DNA of 64,000 nucleotides from an uncultured Planctomycetota bacterium. GTDB taxonomy: Bacteria > Planctomycetota > Planctomycetia > Isosphaerales > Isosphaeraceae. Position 1 is the first letter of the stretch, and each line of letters begins with the position of its first letter. Shown one piece after another: positions 42,936-53,012 of the stretch. Where the stretch lies: NCBI GenBank assembly GCA_963737655.1, contig CAVTTN010000002.1:7072001-7136000 (forward strand), read 5' to 3'. The notes beneath the pieces were generated by a model. That model worked only from the letters and a program-made list of their open reading frames with translations. It was not told the origin of the DNA and did no database searches. Both the position numbers and the translations under genes were made by a program.

Positions 42936-43332
42936 TCCGGGCTTCCCCCGCGTTCGACGCTCGACCGGGACACCGCCCCGCCGACGATCGTCGCCTCGCG
43001 ACCGGCCCTCCCCGACCCTTCGCCATCGTCACCGGCCGGCACCGTACGCCGAGGCTCCCGACGTCGAGGCCGTCAGGGACTTCGCCGAGGAGGCCGCGCC
43101 GATCGCACGGGACCGCATGGCGGGGCGGACCGGCAGGCCGGCCCGACCGGCCCGATCGGACACATGCGTCCGCCGCCGTACCCCGCCCGGCGGCTCCCGG
43201 CGTACGGACCGCCCGGCCGGGCCGAGGCACCGGGGTCAGAGTCGCTGATTACGACGATGTCATGCCGGCCCTCGACCGGGGTGCAACGTTCGGTTTGCCG
43301 GACCGACGCACCCAAGAGCCCGAAAGAGGTTC

Positions 43333-43495
43333 GCCCTGCTCTGTCGAAAATCCTGACTTGGGCAACGATCATCACATTATGTGAGATGACCCGCAGGATG
43401 ATCTCACGGCACTGGGTCCAATAGCTCCGCGCCTGCAGCGCCGAGCCCAACCGCCGCTTGATCATCGAATTGACGGTCTCCGTCTGCCACCGAAT
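43333..43495 (-). pseudogene. C-terminal remnant of a DDE transposase (IS5/IS4-like)
   Basis: RWQTETVNSMIKRRLGSAL..HNVMI signature. Confidence 0.7.
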
Positions 43496-43592
43496 AAAAC
43501 CGCTAGGACTGCCGGCTCTGTCATCCTCATGACGGCGTTTCGCCAACAAACCGGCTAAGATCGCCGTCCGCCGGGATGTACGGCGAAACGTC

Positions 43593-43627
43593 CGGGTCCT
43601 CTGTCCGCCGGGTTACTCTCAATAAGG
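43593..43627 (+). promoter_or_regulatory. Putative ECF promoter motif, copy 1
   Basis: CGGGTCCtcTGTCCgCCggGttACTCTCAaTAA, shared with 47841-47876. Confidence 0.55.
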
Positions 43628-43819
43628 ATAGGAGTCGCTGGGCGGCAGGGATCGACCCGAGCGCGGGGTCCGCGATATTCGGGGAGGCGAGCGTCGAAAG
43701 CCGGTGAGCGGCCGCCGTCAAGAGCACCGCAATCCTCACATTTGACCCAGGCCGCGCCGATATCATTCACATGAACTGTCCGTTCATTAACAGGCAGGGA
43801 CGCAAAGCGGATTGTTCGA

Positions 43820-44674
43820 ATGTCGTTCATGCTCGGCTTGGACTGCTCGACCGGCTGCACTTCCGGTCGGCTCCGCCAGAGGACGGTCAACCAAGGTAGC
43901 ACCCTGCCGGAGTTGCAGTACCAACAGGTCCTGGACAACCTCGCCCAGTTCGCGTCGCGTCCCGGCTCCCTCCCCTGGCACGTCAATCTCAGGGAAGGGA
44001 CCACCCAGGTTACCGACTCGGTATCGGGAGGCGCGGCGCTGGACATCGGGCCGCCCGTCACATGGTTCCCGCAGCTCCTCGGTTCGAGGACAGCCGTGGC
44101 CCAGTGGGGGATGTCGCCGGTGATCGACGCGACTGAGCTGCGCCTGCTGCGGATCGCCTATCGGCGCGCCCACGGCGCCCCCGACATGCCGTCGCCCAAG
44201 TTCGTCGACGAATTGGCACACGAGCTGAAGGACCAGTTCGCATCCAACGCCGACCTGCGAAACGAGTCGGAGTTGTTTTATGAGTACCAGGGCCGCTCCA
44301 ACCGTAGCGCCCGTGAGTTGGATGCCCACGTGCTCACGACGAATGACGCCAGCGTATGCGGTAACCCCGGCGCGTCGGTCGATCGCTCCCCACTGGCGGC
44401 GAATGTCTGCCGGAAGATCGAGATGATCCAAGAGGACCTGGCCGAGATCCAGCCCGGCTGGTTCCATGTGGGAACCAAGCACGACATTCCGAAGGACGCC
44501 TGCTACGTCGGGAGAAGTGGGGATTGTTATACCTGGGTCTGCCCCGATGGGATCGACCAGCTCACCGAATTCACCCTGACCGTCCTGAAGATATCCTCCC
44601 TGATCAAAGAAACCGAGACGCTCATCAGCCCAGGGTCCGTGAAATTCTCGCCGGGAGACCGAGGGGGCGGATAG
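43820..44674 (+). CDS. Conserved-looking hypothetical lipoprotein
   Basis: STGC lipobox-like segment; YQQVLDNLAQFA and YTWVCPDGIDQLTEFTL; the true start may be slightly upstream. Confidence 0.7.
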   Translation: MSFMLGLDCSTGCTSGRLRQRTVNQGSTLPELQYQQVLDNLAQFASRPGSLPWHVNLREGTTQVTDSVSGGAALDIGPPVTWFPQLLGSRTAVAQWGMSPVIDATELRLLRIAYRRAHGAPDMPSPKFVDELAHELKDQFASNADLRNESELFYEYQGRSNRSARELDAHVLTTNDASVCGNPGASVDRSPLAANVCRKIEMIQEDLAEIQPGWFHVGTKHDIPKDACYVGRSGDCYTWVCPDGIDQLTEFTLTVLKISSLIKETETLISPGSVKFSPGDRGGG

Positions 44675-44771
44675 GCAATCAGCTCGGCTTGGCAAGCCCA
44701 GCTTGATGGCCACATCCCCGGCCGACGAACGATTCGCGGCGGCGATCCTTTGCCATTCGAATTTCATCGAC

Positions 44772-47114
44772 TTATTTGCGTCCAAAACCCCGACCTGGGG
44801 GTAGGTCCTTCGGTCGCTCCTCGCTGTCGGGAGGTAGGAGATCCCGAAATTGCCTCAGGAAATTCAGGTTCCTCGGCTGAAGGGCGACCGCCTGTCGAAG
44901 CTGGGCGAGGGCCTCGGCATGCCGGCCGTCGGCTTCCAGGATACGTCCGAGATCGGAGCGAAGGATGGGTTCATCGGGGTTGAGGCGGATGGCCGTCCCC
45001 AGTCGATCGATGGCTTCATCATGCCGGCCCAGCTTCGATAAATATCGGACGAGGAGGCGAAGGCCCCCGACGCTGGTCGGGTTGAGGACCAGGGCCTGCC
45101 GCAACGAAACGACAGCCTCCTCCGGCCGATCGACTCGCAACAGGACCTTGCCGAGGCTCTCATGGACAAGCGCCAACTCCGGGCGGATCGACACGGCGGC
45201 CTGGTAATACCGGATCGCCTCCTCATTATTCTTCTCCCGGCTAAGCACGCCGGCGAGCGCGAGATTGACCCACAAATCACCGGGATGTGCCTGCTGGATT
45301 CGCTTCAGAAACGGCAGCCGCTCCTTGCTGAGTACGTCCAATTCCATGTCGAGCGACAGGAACAGCGACACGGGCGGATCGGTGACCGGTGCGTGCTTGA
45401 TCACCTCGACCAGTACCGCTTTGTCCGCACGCATGACCGGATCGCGAGCGCGATCACGCCAGCCCGTCGAGTCAGGGTCTGCCTGCCGCGCGACCGCCAG
45501 CACCCATTCCTTTCGGTGAGGGTCCTTCGTGCAACCGGACCAGTGATCGAGCGCGGCCACCAGCGTCTCGCGGATGTTTGACGCCCGGACACGATCCGCC
45601 GTGCCTTCCGGGTCGTCGCCGACTCCCCCGATCCCGGATTCCCGAAACGCTGCCTCATATGGCGGGTCATCCGTTTGAGGGAAGTTCGAGTTCTGGATAG
45701 CTCGCTCGAATTCCAGGCGGATCGACTCCAGCCGAGCCACGAACGCCAAGTCGCGTGCGCCCCGAGCGATGAGTCGGCGCGTCTCGGCCGACCCTTGCTC
45801 GCCCAGCCTGCCCTTGGCCCGCTCCAGCGCGATGCGGGCTTCGGGCCAGGAAGATCGATCGAGCGACCGGGCCATGTCACGCAGGTCTTCCAAGGCGGCC
45901 CGTTCCGTGGCGAGGCGGTCGGTTTCGGCCTTCCGCGCGACATCCGCCCGATCGGCGAGCAGCCACAGCCCTCCCCCGAGCAGGACGGCCGTGGATAGCG
46001 TGGAGACCGCGATCGTCGCCGCGAACACCGGCCTCCGGCGGACGCGTCGGAACAGCCTCGCCAATCGGCCTTCCGGTCGCGCCACGATCGCCTCGCCTCC
46101 CAAGAAATGGCGAAGGTCCACCGCCAACATCTCCGCCCCGGCGTAACGGCGGTGGGCCTCCTTTTCGAGACATTTGAGGCAGATGGTCTCCAGATCGCGG
46201 GGCACCTTGGCATTGAGCCGCGACGGTGGGATCGGGTCCTGGGTGATCACCCGACGGACGGTCTCCGTCGCCGTTTCCGCCCGGAACGGAGGCCTGCCCG
46301 TCAGCAGCTCGTAGAGGATAGCTCCCAGGGAATACACATCGACGGCGGGGCCCCATGCGATCGGCCTGGCTTCGGCCTGCTCCGGGGCCATGTAGCTCGG
46401 CGTCCCGATGGCGATGCCCGTCCAGGTGAGGCCGGACTCGCCTTCCATGCGCCGGGCCAGCCCGAAGTCGCTAATCTTGGGCGTGCCGTCGGCGGCGAGG
46501 AGGACATTGGACGGCTTAAGGTCGCGATGCACGATCCCGCTCCGGTGGGCCGCCTCGACGGCGTCGGCCAGGGTCGCCAGCAGCTCGGCAGCGTGGCGTG
46601 GCGGCTGGGGAACGCCCGCTAACTTCCCGGCCAGGTTGCCGCCCTCAACGAATTCCATCGTGAAGTAGGGCTGGCCGTCCTTCTCGCCCATGTCGTGGAC
46701 CTGAACGATATTCGGGTGCCGCAGGGCCGCCGCCGCGCCCGCTTCCCGCAAGAAGCGTTCTCGAGCCTCCGGGCTGGCATGCGCCCCGGTGAGCAGCATC
46801 TTGAGGGCGACGCAGCGGTTCAGGCGCAGGTGACGGGCCTTGTAAACGATGCCCATGCCGCCGCGGCCAAGCACTTCATGAAGTTCGTGGCCCGCGATCT
46901 GGGGCAGGTCGGTCGAGGACGCGACCCTGGAGGATGAGCCGGGCATCCGTGCCGGGAACATCGCATCCAACTGGGCATCGCAGGCGAGTTTTCGCCCCCA
47001 TCGCAAGCGAACCTGCGGCAGTAACTCCGGGTAATCGCGGCAGACTTCCTCCGGAGTACGCTCCGAGTCCACCAGCTCTTCGAGGAGGAATCGAACACGC
47101 GATTCAAGGTCCAT
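44772..47114 (-). CDS. Hanks-type Ser/Thr kinase with a TM-like segment and C-terminal TPRs
   Basis: LGRGGMGIVY, VALKM, HRDLKPSN, DFGLAR and GTPSYMAPE. Confidence 0.93.
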   Translation of the reverse strand: MDLESRVRFLLEELVDSERTPEEVCRDYPELLPQVRLRWGRKLACDAQLDAMFPARMPGSSSRVASSTDLPQIAGHELHEVLGRGGMGIVYKARHLRLNRCVALKMLLTGAHASPEARERFLREAGAAAALRHPNIVQVHDMGEKDGQPYFTMEFVEGGNLAGKLAGVPQPPRHAAELLATLADAVEAAHRSGIVHRDLKPSNVLLAADGTPKISDFGLARRMEGESGLTWTGIAIGTPSYMAPEQAEARPIAWGPAVDVYSLGAILYELLTGRPPFRAETATETVRRVITQDPIPPSRLNAKVPRDLETICLKCLEKEAHRRYAGAEMLAVDLRHFLGGEAIVARPEGRLARLFRRVRRRPVFAATIAVSTLSTAVLLGGGLWLLADRADVARKAETDRLATERAALEDLRDMARSLDRSSWPEARIALERAKGRLGEQGSAETRRLIARGARDLAFVARLESIRLEFERAIQNSNFPQTDDPPYEAAFRESGIGGVGDDPEGTADRVRASNIRETLVAALDHWSGCTKDPHRKEWVLAVARQADPDSTGWRDRARDPVMRADKAVLVEVIKHAPVTDPPVSLFLSLDMELDVLSKERLPFLKRIQQAHPGDLWVNLALAGVLSREKNNEEAIRYYQAAVSIRPELALVHESLGKVLLRVDRPEEAVVSLRQALVLNPTSVGGLRLLVRYLSKLGRHDEAIDRLGTAIRLNPDEPILRSDLGRILEADGRHAEALAQLRQAVALQPRNLNFLRQFRDLLPPDSEERPKDLPPGRGFGRK

Positions 47115-47199
47115 TGCCTGTCTCCAGCCGCGAGGCAAGCTCCGAGTCCTTGACCTGGCCCAAGGCCGGGCACTTCAAGCCCGCATCCTTCACACAGGG

Positions 47200-47823
47200 C
47201 TACTCGATCGGTCGCAAGTCGTCCAGTGCCTCTGCGAGCAATAGGCTGGCACGATTCAAGCGGCGCTGCACCGTCTTGGTCGAGACCTCCATCACCTCGG
47301 CGGCCTCGGCGTGGGTCAACCCCTGGAGGCGTACCAGGCCGAAGACTTCGCGCTCGTCCTCCGGGAGATTGTCGATCGCCGCCAGCATCCGGCGTCCGTC
47401 CGGGCTGATGCCGGAATCGCTGCTGGCCGGCGCGAGCAGGCACTCTTCGCACAGCTCGACGGCGACGGGGCGTTCATCCAGGCGACGTGCCAGATCATTG
47501 AGATGCCAGCGCATGTGCTGATTGGCCAGGGCGAAGAAGTGTCGCACCGTCTGTGGGCGGATCGAATCCATGGCTTTGAGCAGCCCTTCCACGACGCCAC
47601 TGAGCATCTCATCCGTCTCCAGATTCGACGGCGGCCTGGCCAGTCGCGGGTAATTCCGATGCAGCATGATGGCGCACAGGCCCTCAAGCCGGCGGACAGC
47701 CCGGCCCAAAAGATCGCGCACGATCGGCTCGGCCGGCGCATCTCCCGCCAGGGCATCCAGGTAACGCTGCACGACGGCGGTGGTGGAGTCCTCGCTCAAG
47801 ATGAAAACCTCGTAAGAGGGCAT
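47200..47823 (-). CDS. ECF sigma factor, kinase-associated type
   Basis: Region 4 LPEDEREVFGL..GLTHAEAAEVMEVSTKTVQRRLNRA; region 2 FFALANQHMRWHLNDLAR; directly upstream of the kinase. Confidence 0.88.
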   Translation of the reverse strand: MPSYEVFILSEDSTTAVVQRYLDALAGDAPAEPIVRDLLGRAVRRLEGLCAIMLHRNYPRLARPPSNLETDEMLSGVVEGLLKAMDSIRPQTVRHFFALANQHMRWHLNDLARRLDERPVAVELCEECLLAPASSDSGISPDGRRMLAAIDNLPEDEREVFGLVRLQGLTHAEAAEVMEVSTKTVQRRLNRASLLLAEALDDLRPIE

Positions 47824-47840
47824 ATCCACACGGATTCTAG

Positions 47841-47876
47841 CGGGTCCGGTGTCCACCCCGCCACTCTCAGTAAAGG
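47841..47876 (+). promoter_or_regulatory. Putative ECF promoter motif, copy 2
   Basis: CGGGTCCggTGTCCaCCccGccACTCTCAgTAA. Confidence 0.55.
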
Positions 47877-47923
47877 TAGACAGGAAGCGGAGCCCGCGCG
47901 GGTGTAAAGGAAAGTCGAAGCGA

Positions 47924-47941
47924 CTGTCATCGAAATGACAG
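47924..47941. promoter_or_regulatory. 7-bp inverted repeat in the leader of the P460 operon
   Basis: CTGTCAT-CGAA-ATGACAG. Confidence 0.35.
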
Positions 47942-48039
47942 CCTGACATCCGCGAGGAGGCTAACATCCCCATCCGAAGCCGCTGTCGCGCGTCGCGAAG
48001 CCATGACAATTCAATCCCTGAAAAGGACGAGGTAACACC

Positions 48040-48636
48040 ATGCTTGGATCAAACCGATCGCACGTGACCGCAGGAGTTGCGGCTTTGGTCGCGATCGCCG
48101 GATTCTCGTTCGTGCTCGCCGGGGCCGCTGCGCCCCAGGGTCAGGCGACACTGGTCGAGTTCACCCCGGACGGGAAGCTCAAGAAGCCCGATGGCTATCG
48201 CAGGTGGGTGTACGTCGGCACGCCGATCACGCCCAACGAACTCAACGGCGGCGAGGCCCCGTTCCCCGATTTCCACGCCGTCTACATCGACCCGGAGAGC
48301 TACGCCCACTACGAGAAGACCGGCGAGTTTCGCGACGGCACCGTGATGATCAAGGAACTTGTCGGCATCGGCGCCAAGGAGGCGACCAGCGGGAAGGGCT
48401 ACTTCATGGGCGACTTCATCGGCCTGGAGGCCTCGGTCAAGGACTCGAAGCGCTTCAAGGACGAGCCAGGCAACTGGGCCTTCTTCACCTTCGGCCACCA
48501 TTATCCCCTGAAGACCGAGGCGACGAAGCAGAATGCCGCGGTGTGCAATTCGTGCCACCAGTCCAGCGCCAAGAAAGACTACGTCTTCAGCCAGTTCTAT
48601 CCCGTCCTGCGTGCGGCGGCCCCGAAGTCGAAGTGA
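48040..48636 (+). CDS. cytL: Cytochrome P460
   Basis: Signal peptide; YRRWVYVGT.TPNELN, FRDGTVMIKEL, GYFMGDFIGLEASVKD and C-terminal CNSCH..VFSQFYPVL. Confidence 0.88.
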   Translation: MLGSNRSHVTAGVAALVAIAGFSFVLAGAAAPQGQATLVEFTPDGKLKKPDGYRRWVYVGTPITPNELNGGEAPFPDFHAVYIDPESYAHYEKTGEFRDGTVMIKELVGIGAKEATSGKGYFMGDFIGLEASVKDSKRFKDEPGNWAFFTFGHHYPLKTEATKQNAAVCNSCHQSSAKKDYVFSQFYPVLRAAAPKSK

Positions 48637-48705
48637 GGTAGATCGATCGGGGGCGCCCGGACTGGCCGGGCCGCGCCCTTTTCCCCCAACTTGGCGGCAT
48701 TTCCA

Positions 48706-49314
48706 ATGGTCTTCAACATCCCACGCCGGCTCACCGCGGGCTGCCTCGCGGCGATGGCGCTCGTCGCCACGGTTGCTATCGGCGCCGCAGGGCCGGACGA
48801 CCCGACCGCCCGCGCGGCCGGCGAATTCTCGCCCTACGTCACGAAGGACGGCGGGATCACGCGGCCGACCGATTACCGCGATACCTTCGAATTCCTGGGC
48901 ACGTATGCCGTGGCCACGAAGCCGGGCCAGCCCGTCGACGAGATGCACGTCGTCTACGCGCGGCCCGAGGACGTCAAAGCGTATCGGCGAGATGGCAAGT
49001 TCCCTGATGGGGCGACGCTGGTCAAGGAGGTCACCAAGGTCGGCTCGGACAGGCTCACCACCGGGCAAGCCCACTGGGCCACGGACATCAAGCTCTGGTT
49101 CGTGATGATCAAGGACGCGAAGGGGCGGTTCCCCGGCAACGACCTCTGGGGCGACGGCTGGGGCTGGGCCCTGTTCCTGGAGAAGGAGCCGGCGAAGAAC
49201 GTGGCGACCGATTACGCGACCGACTGCAAGACGTGCCACATCCCGGCCAGGAAGGACGACTGGATCTATGTCCGCGGATACCCGGCGCTCTTGAAGGCCA
49301 ACCCGGCGAAGTGA
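48706..49314 (+). CDS. Second cytochrome P460-family protein
   Basis: Signal peptide; FPDGATLVKEV, GDGWGWALF and CKTCH. Confidence 0.82.
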   Translation: MVFNIPRRLTAGCLAAMALVATVAIGAAGPDDPTARAAGEFSPYVTKDGGITRPTDYRDTFEFLGTYAVATKPGQPVDEMHVVYARPEDVKAYRRDGKFPDGATLVKEVTKVGSDRLTTGQAHWATDIKLWFVMIKDAKGRFPGNDLWGDGWGWALFLEKEPAKNVATDYATDCKTCHIPARKDDWIYVRGYPALLKANPAK

Positions 49315-49361
49315 TGCTCGGCACGCTCGGGCCGCCACGAGCGCGGAAACGTGAGAAATCG

Positions 49362-49838
49362 ATGAGTGACCGTCTGAAGTCGATCGGATTGCACATCGCC
49401 CGCTACGGCCTGGTGATCGTGCTGCTGTGGATCGGCGGGATGAAGTTTACCGCCTATGAGGCCGGAGGCATCAAGCCGCTGGTGACCAATAGTCCTCTGA
49501 TGGGCTGGGTTTACCAGGTCATGAGCGTGGGCGGGTTCTCGGCGCTGCTGGGCGTGGTCGAGGTCGCCATCGGCCTGCTCATCGCCCTGCGCCCCGCCTG
49601 GCCTCTCGGCTCGGCGATCGGGAGCGGCCTAGCGGCGGGGATGTTCCTGACCACTCTTAGTTTCCTGATTACCACACCCGGCTGGGAGTCGAGCCTGGGC
49701 GGATTTCCGGCCCTTTCCGCGATGCCGGGGCAATTCCTGCTCAAGGACGTCGTCCTCCTGGGGGTTTCTCTACTCACGGCCGGAGAGGCGCTGGCAGCGG
49801 CTCGCCCGCCTCATGACGCAGTTACGGCTGGCAATTGA
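49362..49838 (+). CDS. rclC: RclC/YkgB (DUF417) inner-membrane protein
   Basis: RYGLVIVLLWIGGMKFTAYEA..NSPLM, TTLSFLITTPG and GQFLLKD. Confidence 0.85.
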   Translation: MSDRLKSIGLHIARYGLVIVLLWIGGMKFTAYEAGGIKPLVTNSPLMGWVYQVMSVGGFSALLGVVEVAIGLLIALRPAWPLGSAIGSGLAAGMFLTTLSFLITTPGWESSLGGFPALSAMPGQFLLKDVVLLGVSLLTAGEALAAARPPHDAVTAGN

Positions 49839-49864
49839 GGCGATTTTCCCGGCGAGCAATCCTC

Positions 49865-51550
49865 ATGTCGCGTAGGTTCGAGTCCGGTAGGTTTCGACGA
49901 ATCCGGGCGGCCGTGCTCGCCTTGATTTTCGCCAGCCGGTCGGTGAGCGTCCTGGCCCAGGACGGGCTGCCTTCCATTGCTCCGTTACCCGATGATCCGC
50001 CGGTTGCCACTCCCGCCCCAGTTGAAGCCAATCGGGAACTGCTCGACCGGCTTCGGAAGATGGAGGACAGGCTCGATCAGGTGAAAAAACAGAATGAACA
50101 GCTCTCGCGAGAGGCTCGGGAACTCCGACGCTTGAATCCGGGCCGGGACGCGGAGGTCGACACGATGCGGCCCGACGCTAGCCAAAGTGGCGGCTCGGCC
50201 AGGCGGGGAGGGTCGTCGGGCACTCCCCCAGCGACCAGCGGCGGCGGCTCGGCATCCGGCGGAGGCGACCCGACAAAGTCGGGGAGCGTCCAGCTCGTGG
50301 GAAAGAGCCACCCCGGAAGATCATCAATCCTGGGCGGCTCCTACGACTTCGAGAATGATGGGTTCCGGTGGGGTACCCAGGACGAAGAAATCACCCTGGG
50401 CTTCCGTGCACTTCAGCAGATCGACGCGCGGGTCTATGCGAACTCAAACCAGCAATATGCCAGCAGCGGTATTTTCAACCCGCGGACCCGCTTCTATTTC
50501 GAAGGCAATCTTACGAGGCCCGTGTCTTACGAGTTCTCCTTACGGCATACATACAACACGACTAACTTGCTCGACGGCTACATCAACTACCGTATGAGCG
50601 ACGGACTACAGCTCCGGTTCGGACGCTCCAAGACTCCCTTCGATTACGAGTGGTACCGGCTGCACATCTGGCGGACGCTCGCGCCCGAACGGTCGCCATA
50701 CGCCCAGTATTTCGGGGGAAATCGCCGCATCGGATTTTCGGGCTGGGGGAGCCTCTTCGATAACCGGCTGGAATATGCCGTCGGCACGTTCAACGGACAG
50801 CGAAACGGGTTCACGCCCTTCAACAGTCACCAGGACGTCATGGCCTTCCTGAATTTCAAGCCGTTCGAGCAGGCGCCGGATTCCCTTCTGCGGAATCTGC
50901 AATTCGGGGGCTCTCTCGATGCTGGTTTCGAGAACAATCCTCTCTCCCCGGCCGTCTTGATGACCTCGGCCCCGGCGACGCCGCTCCCTCTCACCCCAGG
51001 GTCTGCCTCCGTCCCTTTCCTGGCCTTCAACAAAGGTGTGGTGGAGCGTGGTTACCGAGCACCCTGGGAGCTCCACCTCGCCTATTACTACAAGGGATTG
51101 TCCTTCTTGGGGGCGTTGGATACCGGATTCCAGGATTATGCGAAAGGCAACTCCGGTCCGCCGCCCATACGCATCCCAACGGGTGGCTACTTCACCCAGG
51201 TGGGTTACATTCTGACCGGCGAAACGATTCGCGATCGGATGCTAATCGAGCCGTTGCGGCCTTTCGACCTTCGCCCCGGCCATTTCGGTGTGGGAGCCCT
51301 CGAAGCGACGGCCCGCTTCAGCGATCTGACGCTCGGCCGACAGGCCTTCACCGGCGGCCTGGTCGATCCCAATCTCTGGACCCATCAGGTCCGGATGGTC
51401 GACGTCGGGCTCAACTGGTATCTCAACAAATACCTCAAGGTCTACATCGACTGGGAGCGTGCCATGTTCGCCACCCCAGTCATCCACAACACCGGTCGCT
51501 CCCAGAAATCGACCGACCTCTTTTGGATTCGCTGCCAGATCTTCTTCTGA
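49865..51550 (+). CDS. OprO/OprP-family (anion-selective) porin with N-terminal coiled coil
   Basis: LRFGRSKTPF, LEYAVGTFNG, ILTGE, GLNWYLN and a terminal Phe. Confidence 0.82.
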   Translation: MSRRFESGRFRRIRAAVLALIFASRSVSVLAQDGLPSIAPLPDDPPVATPAPVEANRELLDRLRKMEDRLDQVKKQNEQLSREARELRRLNPGRDAEVDTMRPDASQSGGSARRGGSSGTPPATSGGGSASGGGDPTKSGSVQLVGKSHPGRSSILGGSYDFENDGFRWGTQDEEITLGFRALQQIDARVYANSNQQYASSGIFNPRTRFYFEGNLTRPVSYEFSLRHTYNTTNLLDGYINYRMSDGLQLRFGRSKTPFDYEWYRLHIWRTLAPERSPYAQYFGGNRRIGFSGWGSLFDNRLEYAVGTFNGQRNGFTPFNSHQDVMAFLNFKPFEQAPDSLLRNLQFGGSLDAGFENNPLSPAVLMTSAPATPLPLTPGSASVPFLAFNKGVVERGYRAPWELHLAYYYKGLSFLGALDTGFQDYAKGNSGPPPIRIPTGGYFTQVGYILTGETIRDRMLIEPLRPFDLRPGHFGVGALEATARFSDLTLGRQAFTGGLVDPNLWTHQVRMVDVGLNWYLNKYLKVYIDWERAMFATPVIHNTGRSQKSTDLFWIRCQIFF

Positions 51551-51637
51551 GTCGACGGGATTCGCCGCCGCCAACTTTCAATTGGCTTTGTGCCAGCCGA
51601 CACTCGGCCCCTCATGGCAACCAAGGGAGTTAGCAAG

Positions 51638-52024
51638 GTGCCCTACACGATCCATGACATTGGAGTCGCCAGGCAGATCGGAGCCTACAGCGACGCCATC
51701 GAAGCCGGTGCGAACTTGCGGTGGCTGGTAACTTCAGGAACGCCCGGCCTTTCCACGACCGGAGACCTGCCGGGGGACATTGTCGGCCAGGCCCGGCTCT
51801 CCTGGGAACATGTCATCGGCCTCTTGGAGCGAGCCGGCATGACGGTCGCCGACGTGGTCAAGGTGACCCAATACTTGACACGTGCCGAAGACATCCCGGC
51901 CTACGGGAAGGTGCGTTCGCGTTTCCTCGGCGATGCGCGACCCGCCTCGATGCTGCTCGTCATCCCCCAACTCGTGCGCCCTGAGTTCCTGGTTGAGATC
52001 GAAATCGTCGCCGCCAAGGTTTAA
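51638..52024 (+). CDS. RidA/YjgF-family protein
   Basis: GAYSDA, DVVKVTQYL, RPASMLL and FLVEIEIVA. Confidence 0.88.
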   Translation: MPYTIHDIGVARQIGAYSDAIEAGANLRWLVTSGTPGLSTTGDLPGDIVGQARLSWEHVIGLLERAGMTVADVVKVTQYLTRAEDIPAYGKVRSRFLGDARPASMLLVIPQLVRPEFLVEIEIVAAKV

Positions 52025-52120
52025 CCCGGACGTAGCATTTCAATGGCATCCGCGAGCACCGAGACGGCGGATCGCCGCCTGTAATTTTCCGGCTTCAGGC
52101 CCCCGGCGAGATTGACCCTA

Positions 52121-52999
52121 GGTCGTGTGGACAACATCTGGGTATTTACGGACAACTGGGGTCCCGACTCGACACCACGGAGGCCCCGCTGTGCGACACC
52201 GCCACGCCATCGCGGACGACCATTGGACCAGGATCAAGGACCTCCTGCCCGGCCGGCCTGGCCAGCACGGCAAGGTCGCCAAGGACAACCGCCTCTTCAT
52301 CGACGCCGTCCTCTGGATCGCCAGGACCGGCGCCCCGTGGCGCGACCTGCCCGAGCGATTCGGCAACTGGAACTCGACCTGGCGTCGCTTCGACCGCTGG
52401 GCCCGCAAGGGGGTCTGGCGGCGGGTCTTCGAGGCCCTGCAGGACCCCGACCTGGAATGGCTGATCCTCGACTCGACCATCATCCGGGCGCAGCCCTGCG
52501 CCGCCGGCGCCCAAAAAACGGGATGGCGGCGGCGGCCAAGGCGAGCAGGCCCTCGGCCGCAGCCGGGGCGGGTTCGGGACGAAGATCCATGGCGCCGTCA
52601 GCGGCCTCGGGCTGCCCGCCAAGCTGATCCTGACGCCGGGCCAGGCGGCCGACATGACGCATGCGAAGGCGTTGATCGAGGAGCTGCCGATCGAGGTGGT
52701 CATCGCCGACAAGGGGTACGACAGCCGGGCCGTGGTCAAGGAGATCGAGTCCCGAGGGGCGGAGGCGGTGATCCCCAGCTTGAAGAATCGGGCGGAGCAG
52801 CGAGTCGACGACCGGGATCGCTACAGGGACCGAAACCTCGCGGAGCGGTTCTGGTTCAAGGCGAAGCAGTGCCGGCGGGTGGCCACCCGGTACGAGAAGA
52901 CGGCCCGGAACTTCTTGGCGTTCGTGCATGTGGCCTCGATCATGATCCTGCTGCAATAGCCTGGGCGACTTCGCTTGCCCATCTGTTGTCCACACGACC
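52121..52999 (+). mobile_element. IS5-family (IS427-like) element with 16-bp TIRs and a TA target duplication; two-ORF transposase at 52191-52959
   Basis: GGTCGTGTGGACAACA / TGTTGTCCACACGACC flanked by TA in a CTAG context; RTGAPWRDLP, ILDST, IADKGYD and RRVATRYEK; A-run slip site at 52513-52518. Confidence 0.92.
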
Positions 53000-53012
53000 T
53001 AGGGAGGAAAAC

